Assembly (NCBI GenBank): GCA_947053645.1
Contig: CAMRTM010000004.1
Location: 1 to 55,676 of the forward strand
Direction of reading: 5' to 3'
DNA length: 55,676 nucleotides
From: an uncultured Bacillota bacterium
GTDB lineage: Bacteria; Bacillota; Clostridia; Christensenellales; UBA1242
The notes beneath the pieces are model-generated. The model worked only from the letters and a program-made list of their open reading frames with translations, was not told the DNA's origin and did no database searches. Of this stretch, positions 9,434 through 18,881 are shown in pieces. Numbering within the stretch: position 1 is the first letter of the stretch; each line of letters begins with the position of its first letter. A program made the position numbers and the translations under genes.

Positions 9434-12400
9434 CTACTTTTCTAATTTTGCCTCACTTACAAGAAATAGTGATATAAGTCTATCCACTTTATCTTTAGTA
9501 CTTGCCGAAACATTAAAACTAATTTTTGGCAATATATCAAAGGAAAGCACTCCGCCAAACTCCTTCAAGTTATTTGCAAGGGCTGGTGAAATTATATTTT
9601 CACTTTTATTCAAAGTGAGTGTACAGGTGGTGCTGTTTACTCGTATCTTATTTATACTAAACTTTGACGCAAGATTTTTAAGAAGGGCAAGTCTACATAA
9701 ATTCTTAATTTCTTGTGGCACCTGACCAAAACCATCTTCCATTGACTTTAATATCTCTCTTTCCTCATCTTCACTTGCAATATTACTTATCTTGGTGTAC
9801 ATGAGTATTCTTTCATCACTGGAAGAGATATAATCCTCGAGAATGTATGCGTCAAGACTGACTTCAAGTTTAACCTCGTTTTCAGTAGAAACTTTCTTTC
9901 CTTGTAGTTCCTTTACTGCCTCGTCAAGAAGTTTCACAAACATATCATAACCCACCTTCTCGATATGACCATGCTGAGCCTTACCAAATATATTGCCCGC
10001 GCCTCTTATCTCTAGGTCACGCATCGCAATTTTAAACCCACTGCCTAGTTCACTAAACTCCTTGATTGCACTCAGACGCTTATAGGCGTCCTCAGTCATC
10101 ACCTTATTTTTATCATAAAGAAGGTAGGCATAACTAAGTTTGTCACTTCTCCCTATTCTACCTCTTATTTGGTATAATTGCCCTAATCCAAGTTTATCAG
10201 CATCAATTATTATCATGCTATTTGCCTGAGGCAAGTCTATTCCATTTTCTATTAGTGTGGTGGAAATTAGTATATCGTATTGCCCTTCATAAAGATTATT
10301 TATTATTCCTTCAAGTTCCCTCTCCGCCATTTGACCATGAGCAATACCAACCCTCGCTTTTGGCAAAAGTTTTCTTATATAAGAAGAAAACTCGACAATT
10401 GTTTCCACACGATTATAAATGATAAAACTTATCCCGCCCCTTGCAAATTCTCGGGAAAGTACATCACGAATAAGTTCATCGGTTTGCTCAGTCACATAGG
10501 TTTGAATTGGCAATCTTTCTCTAGGCGGAGTTTCAATTATGCTTATATCTCTTATTCCTGATAACGACATATTAAGCGTTCTTGGAATTGGTGTCGCGGA
10601 AAGAGAAAGAACATCAATGGTGCGTTTTGCATTTTTGATTTTTTCCTTATCTTCCACACCGAAGCGTTGTTCTTCGTCAAGCACTAACAAACCTAAATCT
10701 TTAAAAATTACATCTTTCCCAAGAAGTCGATGAGTGCCAATAAGCATATCGACCTGCCCATCTTTTAGCCTTTCAAGTATATCTTTTACTTCTTTTGGTG
10801 TCTTAAACCTATTAAGTACCTCTACTTTTACACCAAAATCCTCCATTCTTTTCTTTGCTGTAAGATAATGCTGCTGAGAAAGAATTGTAGTAGGACATAA
10901 CAGTGCTACCTGACGACCATTGTATATACACTTGAAACATCCCCTAAGAGCAACTTCCGTCTTTCCGAAACCAACATCGCCACAGATTAGCCTGTCCATG
11001 ATTTTATCACTTTCCATATCTTTTTCAATATCGGCGATTGCTTTTAATTGGTCGTTAGTTTCAGAAAATCCAAAGGCATCCGCAAACTTCTTATCTAAGA
11101 ACTCATCCCTTGAAAATTTAAAACCTTTGGCATGCTGTCTTTCATTATATATCTCAGTAAGACTTATTGCCATTTCTTTAAGTCCGCGCTTTACCCTATC
11201 TTTAAGTCTTGAAAACTCCGCCCCACCGAGAGCGGAAAGTTTAGGATTTATCTCGCTTCCTACATATGCGGAAATCGTGTTTGCCTCTTCACTTGGCAGA
11301 TACAATATGCCGCCGCCTTTGTATTCAATTACAAAATAGTCTTTTTCATAATCACCTAGTTTCATCCTTTCAATGCGTATACATTTTCCTATACCATGAA
11401 AGGAATGAACAACATAATCGCCAAGTTTTGGCAGATAAAATACCGCATGTTTCCCTTTGGTAAATGTGCTGACATTTTGCTTGAAAAGACTGTCTATACC
11501 AATCGCAAGTATTCTTTCCTTTAAGAAACTGTAACTAAAAGGAAAGTTTTGACTTGATACAAATATCTTCCCTTGACCAAATTCTTCCAATTCATAGTCA
11601 TGAAAAACAAGCCCGTTTTCAGTCAAAAATTCTCTTAATTTTTCCTTTCTATCCCCAGCATACAAAATTATACCTAGTCCCATGTCTAGACCGCTAAGTA
11701 AATCCTGCTTTAATGCCATAAAGTCGGTCAAATATGAACGAGTAGGAAGTTTATGGTTTTCATAAACATTTTCTCCATAAAATGGACTATTGAATATAAT
11801 GTCCGCTTTAGAAAGGAATATGTCAAAAGATGGATAAGCGTTTTTATCAAAATTAGACATAGCAGAGTAACTTTTGATTAATAATTCAATTTCATCCTCT
11901 ACACGCTTTGGTTCATCTATCACTTTAAAACCTTCAAGAGAAAAAATATCATCTTCTCCCAGTTTTAAAAGTGCAGGAAGAATATTTACTTTATTAAGAG
12001 ATTTTATATTTTTCATACTAGATGGATCAAAGGTATATATCGCCTCTACTTCTTCTCCAAAAAATTCTATTCTATATGGATGACCTTGCCCAGCAACAAA
12101 AATATCCAAGATATCTCCGCGAAGAGCAAATTCCCCCTCCTTTGTAACTAAATCTTCACGACTATATCCTAAACTGATCAGTTTTTTTATAATATAATCA
12201 AAGGTATATTCACTCTTAGTAAAAATTTCTATTCTTTCTTTATATAAACTAAGGTCAAATTTGGTAAGTGCAGAGCATGGTAACACCAAAAGAACATCTG
12301 TCCCGCCCTCTAAAAAACTGTTAAGTGCAGACAGATATGGAATAAGGTTGGCGTCCTTTTCTTGCTTTCCCTCCCGTGATGCTGTCACTATTGTTGCACT

Positions 12401-12556
12401 CTTTCCAAGGCTTGCAAAACCACGCTTATATTTACCAGCACTTGCAAAATCACTACACAAAAAAACAAGGCGATTTTTTTCACCTAGTAAAATTGTTTTC
12501 TCTCCCTCGCCTACTCCCGAGATGTATTTATGCGACAAAATTTCTTTTAGCCTCAT
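9434..12556 (-). CDS. mfd: Transcription-repair coupling factor
   Basis: CarD-like domain (YVVH..HGIG), GDVGFGKT, DEEQRFG, SATPIPR, QIRGRIGR, DLEIRGAG. ATG at 12556 overlaps the pth stop (ATGA). Confidence 0.96.
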   Translation of the reverse strand: MRLKEILSHKYISGVGEGEKTILLGEKNRLVFLCSDFASAGKYKRGFASLGKSATIVTASREGKQEKDANLIPYLSALNSFLEGGTDVLLVLPCSALTKFDLSLYKERIEIFTKSEYTFDYIIKKLISLGYSREDLVTKEGEFALRGDILDIFVAGQGHPYRIEFFGEEVEAIYTFDPSSMKNIKSLNKVNILPALLKLGEDDIFSLEGFKVIDEPKRVEDEIELLIKSYSAMSNFDKNAYPSFDIFLSKADIIFNSPFYGENVYENHKLPTRSYLTDFMALKQDLLSGLDMGLGIILYAGDRKEKLREFLTENGLVFHDYELEEFGQGKIFVSSQNFPFSYSFLKERILAIGIDSLFKQNVSTFTKGKHAVFYLPKLGDYVVHSFHGIGKCIRIERMKLGDYEKDYFVIEYKGGGILYLPSEEANTISAYVGSEINPKLSALGGAEFSRLKDRVKRGLKEMAISLTEIYNERQHAKGFKFSRDEFLDKKFADAFGFSETNDQLKAIADIEKDMESDKIMDRLICGDVGFGKTEVALRGCFKCIYNGRQVALLCPTTILSQQHYLTAKKRMEDFGVKVEVLNRFKTPKEVKDILERLKDGQVDMLIGTHRLLGKDVIFKDLGLLVLDEEQRFGVEDKEKIKNAKRTIDVLSLSATPIPRTLNMSLSGIRDISIIETPPRERLPIQTYVTEQTDELIRDVLSREFARGGISFIIYNRVETIVEFSSYIRKLLPKARVGIAHGQMAERELEGIINNLYEGQYDILISTTLIENGIDLPQANSMIIIDADKLGLGQLYQIRGRIGRSDKLSYAYLLYDKNKVMTEDAYKRLSAIKEFSELGSGFKIAMRDLEIRGAGNIFGKAQHGHIEKVGYDMFVKLLDEAVKELQGKKVSTENEVKLEVSLDAYILEDYISSSDERILMYTKISNIASEDEEREILKSMEDGFGQVPQEIKNLCRLALLKNLASKFSINKIRVNSTTCTLTLNKSENIISPALANNLKEFGGVLSFDILPKISFNVSASTKDKVDRLISLFLVSEAKLEK

Positions 12557-13053
12557 AATTTCTCCATTATTATTTGGCACGCATCATCGATTGCTTTATC
12601 AAAAAGATTTTTATCAACTATTTTAGAAAGCACAAAGTCAGACAATTCCATCTTCTCATCTCGCCCAGTACCAACCTTAACTCGTTCAAAATCCTCTCCA
12701 ATATATGAAACTATACTTCTTAGTCCATTATGAGTGCCACTACTTCCCTTTTCGCGATAGCGTACCTTGCCAGCTGGAAGATCAATATCGTCAACGGCAA
12801 CTAGAATTTTTGCCTCTTTATACTTTTTCTTAAGCATAACAACTGCTTCTCCACTGTTATTCATATAGGTTTCAGGTTTTACCAGTATAAATTTGTCATT
12901 TTTTCTGCCTTCAGCAAGGACTGATTTACAAGAATGTTTAGAAAAACTAACCCCCAAATTTTTTGCAAGTCTATCAACCACCATAAATCCTAAGTTGTGG
13001 TAGGTGTTATCATATTTAGCCCCCACATTGCCTAGCCCTACTACAATATACAT
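12553..13053 (-). CDS. pth: Peptidyl-tRNA hydrolase
   Basis: GLGN, HNLGF, KPETYMNNSG and HNGLRSI motifs. Confidence 0.95.
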   Translation of the reverse strand: MYIVVGLGNVGAKYDNTYHNLGFMVVDRLAKNLGVSFSKHSCKSVLAEGRKNDKFILVKPETYMNNSGEAVVMLKKKYKEAKILVAVDDIDLPAGKVRYREKGSSGTHNGLRSIVSYIGEDFERVKVGTGRDEKMELSDFVLSKIVDKNLFDKAIDDACQIIMEKL

Positions 13054-13054
13054 T

Positions 13055-13915
13055 CTAACCTTCTTGATTTATTAATTTTTCATACGGACCTATACTAGCC
13101 CCTTCTCTTACCTTACTTTTTTCAATATAACTAGAAACAACATAACTGTTTTGAGCGATAATACTGTCACTTATAATATTATTAGCATCTAATATCACAT
13201 TTTTACCTACATATGTTTGACCACGCAAAATATTATTTGGGTATATTGTTGCCCCGCCTTCTATTTCTACATCAGCATCAATAAAAATACTCTCTTCGCC
13301 ATACATAATCACTCCATTATCTAAATGGAACTTTCTTATTTTATCATATAAATACTTTGACACTCTTGCAAGTGCCTTTGCGTTATTGACTTCATAAAAG
13401 GCTTTCTGACTAAAATCCATCACCTTACCTGAAACAAAGGTATCATTATTTTTTACAAACTCACTTTTAAAAACATATCCTTTTGAAAGGGCAAGTGCAT
13501 TCATGCCATTTTTGCAAAAATAATCCATTACTTTATAGAAAGTGTGTTTATCAAGAAGCGGAGTGCTTGAGTAAAAAACCGCCATATATGGTTTTTGTGT
13601 TTCTATGGTTTTCAAAGTTGAAAAAATATCAACAGGCACATTTATCACCTTTTCTTCACAGCCATTACCTGCAATAAGTACCCAATCTATCATCTTTTTG
13701 CCACATATGTCGAGGTTATAACTTTCTTTGCCTAGTTCATTGCCCTCTTTGACAACGATAAAAAGCACCTCTTCTTCTATCCAATCATGATTTCTTGCCG
13801 TCAAAAATCCTTCGGGAAGAAGTGTACTTTCTTCTTCCGCCTCACATTCAAGTGATGAAAAATCAAATTCTATTTGATTTTCACATATTAATAACTCATT
13901 TTCTTCTCTTTCCAT
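13055..13915 (-). CDS. Degenerate/truncated GlmU-like protein
   Basis: ICGKKMIDWV resembles the GlmU NTase region, and the hexapeptide repeats end at IGPY. Located upstream of pth. Lacks the GxGTRM motif and the acetyltransferase C-terminus. Confidence 0.7.
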   Translation of the reverse strand: MEREENELLICENQIEFDFSSLECEAEEESTLLPEGFLTARNHDWIEEEVLFIVVKEGNELGKESYNLDICGKKMIDWVLIAGNGCEEKVINVPVDIFSTLKTIETQKPYMAVFYSSTPLLDKHTFYKVMDYFCKNGMNALALSKGYVFKSEFVKNNDTFVSGKVMDFSQKAFYEVNNAKALARVSKYLYDKIRKFHLDNGVIMYGEESIFIDADVEIEGGATIYPNNILRGQTYVGKNVILDANNIISDSIIAQNSYVVSSYIEKSKVREGASIGPYEKLINQEG

Positions 13916-13921
13916 GTTTTA

Positions 13922-13950
13922 ATTATACTTTTTTGGCAAATTTTTGTCAA
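13922..13950 (-). promoter_or_regulatory. Consensus sigma-A promoter
   Basis: TTGACA-N17-TATAAT ending 6 nt before the ATG at 13915. Confidence 0.8.
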
Positions 13951-14052
13951 CAATTAAAGAGTCAACTCTTTATATTAAAATTTAAACTTGCTTTCATTTT
14001 ATTTTTATTTAAATATTAAATATGCTAAAATTGTTCTATTAAAGGAGAAATT

Positions 14053-15195
14053 ATGAAATTTAAAGGTAAAATTTTTGGCTTTATGGCTGTGAGTTTACTT
14101 CTTACTGTCGCTTCCGTCGTAGGAGGATTTATCTCTCCAACCGGTGCACAAGAGTCATCTCGCGTCACTACTCTTACAAGTACAACTTTGTCAACTACTG
14201 TATATGATAGAAATGACCATGAACTTCAAACAGCAGACACTGGCACATATATAGACAACTTGAATGACAGCAGTAGAAATTTATCTTTTTCGGCGTATTC
14301 TTGGGATGAGGTAAAAAAAATCCAATTCAATAATATTCGCGGGAATGAAATCCCTCTTTTCGACTCCTATAATTTAAGTTTAAAAGTAGAATATGCACCT
14401 ATGTATGTTACAGCACAAGGTTTCTCCACCTTGAAGAAAACTTATGATGATGTATTAACAAGAGAAGATGTGAAAGATTTATATCATCTTGAAAACGAAA
14501 ACTTGATTTTCTATTTTGACCCTTCCCCACTTACTGATGGCGAGCCTTTAAAAAATTATGGGTTTGGTTGGGGACTTTATAGATTTACTCTCCAAATTGG
14601 ACTTAACGCAAGCGATGAATCAGGGCTACAATATTATAACTGCGAATCAAACCTTATCGCTATCAAACCTACAGTACCCACCGAGGCACCTGTTTATGTA
14701 GCGAACAAGGACAATATCGATGAGTTTACAACTCCTGTTGTAACATATGATGCAGTATCAAGTACCACAATGCAATGGGCTTATGAATTTAAAATTTCAA
14801 ATGATATTAAGTATACCTACTGCGATCAAAAACAAATTAAATGGTATGTTTATGGTAACGCCACTGACGGAACGCCTTATGTTTTAACAGAAGATGATCG
14901 AGCCAACCCGGAATTTGCTGGTTATCGCAACAGTATAGTCAAAGGAGAAGTCAATCGAAATGGACTTACCTTCACCTTTGACAGCAATGGAGTTGGTGGT
15001 GAATGGCATGTATACTGCGTTGTTACAAATATAAGCACTGGTGAAACACTTAAGTGTGAAGAGATGATTGTGACCACCGCTACAAAAATGAATGCAAACA
15101 CTATCTATATTATAATTGGTGCATGTGCTGCGGCTGTGCTTATTGCAGTAGTACTTATAATAATCTTAACCAAGAAAAAAGAAAAGGTGTGGTAA
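14053..15195 (+). CDS. Secreted protein with C-terminal membrane anchor, unknown function
   Basis: Signal peptide, beta-rich body, C-terminal TM plus KKKEK tail; SD AAGGAG. Confidence 0.7.
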   Translation: MKFKGKIFGFMAVSLLLTVASVVGGFISPTGAQESSRVTTLTSTTLSTTVYDRNDHELQTADTGTYIDNLNDSSRNLSFSAYSWDEVKKIQFNNIRGNEIPLFDSYNLSLKVEYAPMYVTAQGFSTLKKTYDDVLTREDVKDLYHLENENLIFYFDPSPLTDGEPLKNYGFGWGLYRFTLQIGLNASDESGLQYYNCESNLIAIKPTVPTEAPVYVANKDNIDEFTTPVVTYDAVSSTTMQWAYEFKISNDIKYTYCDQKQIKWYVYGNATDGTPYVLTEDDRANPEFAGYRNSIVKGEVNRNGLTFTFDSNGVGGEWHVYCVVTNISTGETLKCEEMIVTTATKMNANTIYIIIGACAAAVLIAVVLIIILTKKKEKVW

Positions 15196-15198
15196 AAT

Positions 15199-15223
15199 AA
15201 AATACTAGTTTAACTAGTATTTT
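15199..15223. terminator. Bidirectional terminator
   Basis: AAAATACTAGTT-T-AACTAGTATTTT between convergent genes. Confidence 0.6.
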
Positions 15224-15619
15224 TTATAGTATATTATGAACATTTGCACCCATGAAATGAAGATAATTGTCCGCATAATACTTAATTGAAGTTATGCTTA
15301 CTTTTAGTGCATCCTTATCATTACTCCCGACATAGGATTTCATTTTTGAAATTTCTGTACCAATTTCTTGAATGCTTTTATGGTTTACCATATAACATAA
15401 TAACGATTCATTATTTGTCCAGTTATATTCTAAATTATCTACAAGCAGTGACATCTCCATAGTGTTAATATCTTCACTTACAAGGAGTTGATTTTCAATT
15501 TCATAACAATCTTTTTTAACTTGATTTAAACTATTATTTACTACAATATCTTCAACAACACATACCGCTATTATAAAAAGAAAGATAAGCGCAAAGTTTA
15601 CATAGTGAAAAACCTTCAT
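15224..15619 (-). CDS. DUF4363 family protein
   Basis: W......L...VNH..I..I pattern, NIL C-terminus; translationally coupled to the DUF421 gene. Confidence 0.65.
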   Translation of the reverse strand: MKVFHYVNFALIFLFIIAVCVVEDIVVNNSLNQVKKDCYEIENQLLVSEDINTMEMSLLVDNLEYNWTNNESLLCYMVNHKSIQEIGTEISKMKSYVGSNDKDALKVSITSIKYYADNYLHFMGANVHNIL

Positions 15620-16323
15620 ATTTTCACCTCACATTCAAAACTTTTTCCCTCCCCTTTCATAAACTGAATATAGGATTGTCCCGCTTTATCTACTGTTAGA
15701 ATTAATACCTCTTTAAGTTTATCGCCACCCTGCTGTTTAATTATTTTAAGCACCTTCTCCATATCCATTTTTGCAAGTGATACATTTTCTTTCATAAGTT
15801 TGCCTTCGCTTACAAGTGTGATAGGTATGAAACTTTCCTCTTCCTCTATCTTTAATCCGGCATTTGTTGCTGGGCTAAATTCTGCCTTTGGCATGACGCT
15901 AACCTTGCCATTGGTTTCCATTATTGCGTATTGAATTTGCGAAATACTAAAGTAACCACAACCCCTTAGTGCGGACAGTATATCATCGGTAGATAGATTT
16001 AACTGTTTCATTGCGTTGTAGTCAAGCCCTTTTGGGTTTATGATTATCACCGGCTTTCCACTTACTATTTTTGAAAATGTCGCACTGCTTTTTGTGAGGA
16101 GAGTGAGAATAAAATGGAGAACAGAAAGCGTCAAAAGAGGAATGATACCATGCAGTACTGGTACCGACACCTCCGCCATTGGTATTGTTGCAAGATCGGC
16201 AATAATAAGAGTTAGCACAAGTTCAAAAGGTTGCATTTGCCCTATCTGGCGTTTACCCATCAGTCTAAATACCAAAAGTACTATAATATAAATTATTAAT
16301 GACCTTACTACTATCGTTAACAT
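15616..16323 (-). CDS. DUF421/YetF family membrane protein
   Basis: RLMGKRQIGQMQPFE and METNGKVSV motifs. Confidence 0.88.
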   Translation of the reverse strand: MLTIVVRSLIIYIIVLLVFRLMGKRQIGQMQPFELVLTLIIADLATIPMAEVSVPVLHGIIPLLTLSVLHFILTLLTKSSATFSKIVSGKPVIIINPKGLDYNAMKQLNLSTDDILSALRGCGYFSISQIQYAIMETNGKVSVMPKAEFSPATNAGLKIEEEESFIPITLVSEGKLMKENVSLAKMDMEKVLKIIKQQGGDKLKEVLILTVDKAGQSYIQFMKGEGKSFECEVKI

Positions 16324-16352
16324 GCCACTATTATTGACATGTTTTTATTTTT

Positions 16353-17909
16353 TTAACGCTTTTTTGTGAAAAGTTTCTTTACAGATAAAGATTTTGATTT
16401 TTTAGGCTTTAATCTTTCCTTTGCAAGAATAATGAAAGAATGAAGATTTATTAAATCAAAAACATTGCATAATAGTACAAAACTTACCACTGATACTATT
16501 CCACCTATTGTAAGCGAAAGGAAAAGCGGGAAGATATGATTACACAAACTTGTAATAAAACTTGTTAAAGCCGCGGAAGGAATTATTAAAAGTATCATTA
16601 TGAGAAGAGGCTTTAAAATATTTAATTGTATCTTGATTTTTCGCTTTAACATTAAACTATTCAGCACTGCTGTAACTATAAAACTTGCACCCATTCCCCA
16701 AACCAATGCGTTTATTCCAACTAATGAAGGGAGAAACCATATTGCAATAAACATAACTATAGCGCCAATGAAATAATTGATAAAGCCCTTCACTTCCATG
16801 CCAAGGGAGTTTAATAACGCTGAGGTTATATTTGTAATTCCAAGCGGAATTAAAACCCATGCAGAGGATTGCAAAAGTGTTCCACTTAGAGCATTGTCAT
16901 AAAGGAATATTCCTGCGCCCTCGCCAAGAGCCAGATATGCTGGCACAAAAAGGCAGGAAATAAAGAGTGAAAAAATTATAGAAGAGCGTACCCGCCTTTG
17001 TATATGTGCACTATCATTCTGTGCCATTGCTGCTGACATGTCAGGAATAAGTGCCGTTGATAGAGAGCCTATGATTGTAGTAGGTACGAAAAGTAGTGGC
17101 ATTGTCATACCGACAGCAACACCATATATAGAAAGTGCTTGTGATGCGGTATAACCTATTGCACTTAACCTTGCTGGAATTATTAGGGCGACAATTGGCT
17201 GAATCAAACTGCCCGCCACTCGTATTCCTGTAATTGGAGTAGATTGTTTAACGAGTGGCTTAAATATGTTTTTAGAAGGCTTTGACATCTTTCCACCAAA
17301 GAAGAAGAATAGAAGCATTACAAATATCATCGACATTGCACATGCGATAGTCAAACTCCATGCTACCGATGTCGCGTTCTCTATAGCAGTAAGAGTTCCA
17401 CCTATTATAAGAACACAGATAAAAATTCTTACTATTTGCTCATATAATTCGCTAAAACATAGTGCAAAATAGTTATTTTGTCCCCAAAGTGCTCCACGAA
17501 AAACACTATACACTGAAGAAAACACCAAACTTGGAAGGAGAACTATCAAGATTCCCACACATCTTGAATCAGTGAAAAGTGTGGCAAACACATTCTTAAA
17601 TAAAAATACTACAAGGCATAGCAAAACACTTAGAATAAGAGAAAATATCAACGATACTGTAACAAGACTGCCCTCACTTTTCCCCTCTCCTTTAGCACGA
17701 AACTTTGCTGTCATGCGTGATATTATGAGAGGAAGTCCGCTTGAAACTATTGTAAGAAGCACCATAAAAATCGAGAATGCAACCTGATATAATCCAAGTG
17801 ATTCCGCCCCTATTGTTCTTGAAAGATATATTCTAAAAAAGAATCCACAAACCCTTGTGAGAACTGAAAAGAAGGTTATTAATGCTACCGTTTTAAATAA
17901 AGATTTCAT
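16353..17909 (-). CDS. SpoVB/MurJ-like MOP family flippase
   Basis: RIYLSRTIGAESLGLYQ, many TM segments, STALIP motif. Confidence 0.8.
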   Translation of the reverse strand: MKSLFKTVALITFFSVLTRVCGFFFRIYLSRTIGAESLGLYQVAFSIFMVLLTIVSSGLPLIISRMTAKFRAKGEGKSEGSLVTVSLIFSLILSVLLCLVVFLFKNVFATLFTDSRCVGILIVLLPSLVFSSVYSVFRGALWGQNNYFALCFSELYEQIVRIFICVLIIGGTLTAIENATSVAWSLTIACAMSMIFVMLLFFFFGGKMSKPSKNIFKPLVKQSTPITGIRVAGSLIQPIVALIIPARLSAIGYTASQALSIYGVAVGMTMPLLFVPTTIIGSLSTALIPDMSAAMAQNDSAHIQRRVRSSIIFSLFISCLFVPAYLALGEGAGIFLYDNALSGTLLQSSAWVLIPLGITNITSALLNSLGMEVKGFINYFIGAIVMFIAIWFLPSLVGINALVWGMGASFIVTAVLNSLMLKRKIKIQLNILKPLLIMILLIIPSAALTSFITSLCNHIFPLFLSLTIGGIVSVVSFVLLCNVFDLINLHSFIILAKERLKPKKSKSLSVKKLFTKKR

Positions 17910-17975
17910 ATCATCTCCTTTTATATTTGTATTAAGTTTGTCCTGACTTTAATACAATAAATTAAAGGAGATGTC

Positions 17976-18134
17976 ATGAAAAAATTTAAAGATGAGATTT
18001 ATATAGTAAAAAAAGAGGACACTTTGTCCTCTATCGCCTCCGCCTACGGAGTAAACCCCGTAACTATTTTAATTGCTAACAACTGTACTCCTAATATGAT
18101 ACAGGAAGGATTAATACTTTTTATTAAACATTAG
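17976..18134 (+). CDS. Single-LysM-domain small protein (52 aa)
   Basis: Hand translation MKKFKDEIYIVKKEDTLSSIASAYGVNPVTILIANNCTPNMIQEGLILFIKH matches the LysM consensus; SD AAGGAG; below the ORF-track length cutoff. Confidence 0.8.
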   Translation: MKKFKDEIYIVKKEDTLSSIASAYGVNPVTILIANNCTPNMIQEGLILFIKH

Positions 18135-18135
18135 A

Positions 18136-18849
18136 TTACTGTTTATGTTTAAATAGTCTATTTAAATAACTTTCAATTTGCGGCTTATATTTACTTGATA
18201 GATAAATGCTTGTCACTGCAAATATAAAAAACAATCCCCACACTACTAAACCCCAACCATGGTATGGAATTATTTGTCCACTTGTAAAATATGATGTCAG
18301 GAAAATCCCAATAGGCCGAGTTATTAATTGTGTCGCCATAAAAAATGTCCAGCTCATATCGGTAAGTCCTGCAACAAGGCATAGTATATCGTCAGGAAAA
18401 AAAGGAAGCAGCATCATAAGTACAAAACTATACTTTCCATTACTTAAAAATCTTGTCCACTTTTCACAACTTTCCTTCCCAACCATGAATACTACTATCT
18501 TTTTTCCAAAACTTCTTCCAATGGCAAATGCAACCGCACTGCCAAGTAGTATTCCCGCAAGGCTTAATAGCCCCGCTTGGAAGGGACCATAAATGAGTGT
18601 ACCCGCAACCACCAATATAGGTGATGGGATTGGAATAAATGTAACCTGCAAAAATTGAAAGATTACGAAAACCGCTCTACCATAAAACCCTAAATCTAAA
18701 ATAAGATTTTTAAGTTTTTCTACTGAATTTACATACTCCCACCAACCAGTGGCTACTAAAACAAAATACATCGCTACAAGAAAAGCCAATACTATAAGTA
18801 TGACCAAACTTGTGCGAAGTATTTTTTGTTTCTTAGTAAGAGTTTCCAT
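18136..18849 (-). CDS. TVP38/TMEM64 (DedA superfamily) membrane protein
   Basis: LQVTFIPIP, GS...F..GR..G and LLPFFPDD motifs. Confidence 0.85.
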   Translation of the reverse strand: METLTKKQKILRTSLVILIVLAFLVAMYFVLVATGWWEYVNSVEKLKNLILDLGFYGRAVFVIFQFLQVTFIPIPSPILVVAGTLIYGPFQAGLLSLAGILLGSAVAFAIGRSFGKKIVVFMVGKESCEKWTRFLSNGKYSFVLMMLLPFFPDDILCLVAGLTDMSWTFFMATQLITRPIGIFLTSYFTSGQIIPYHGWGLVVWGLFFIFAVTSIYLSSKYKPQIESYLNRLFKHKQ

Positions 18850-18881
18850 AATGTTATTATAAGTTAATAAAGTTAAAATTA

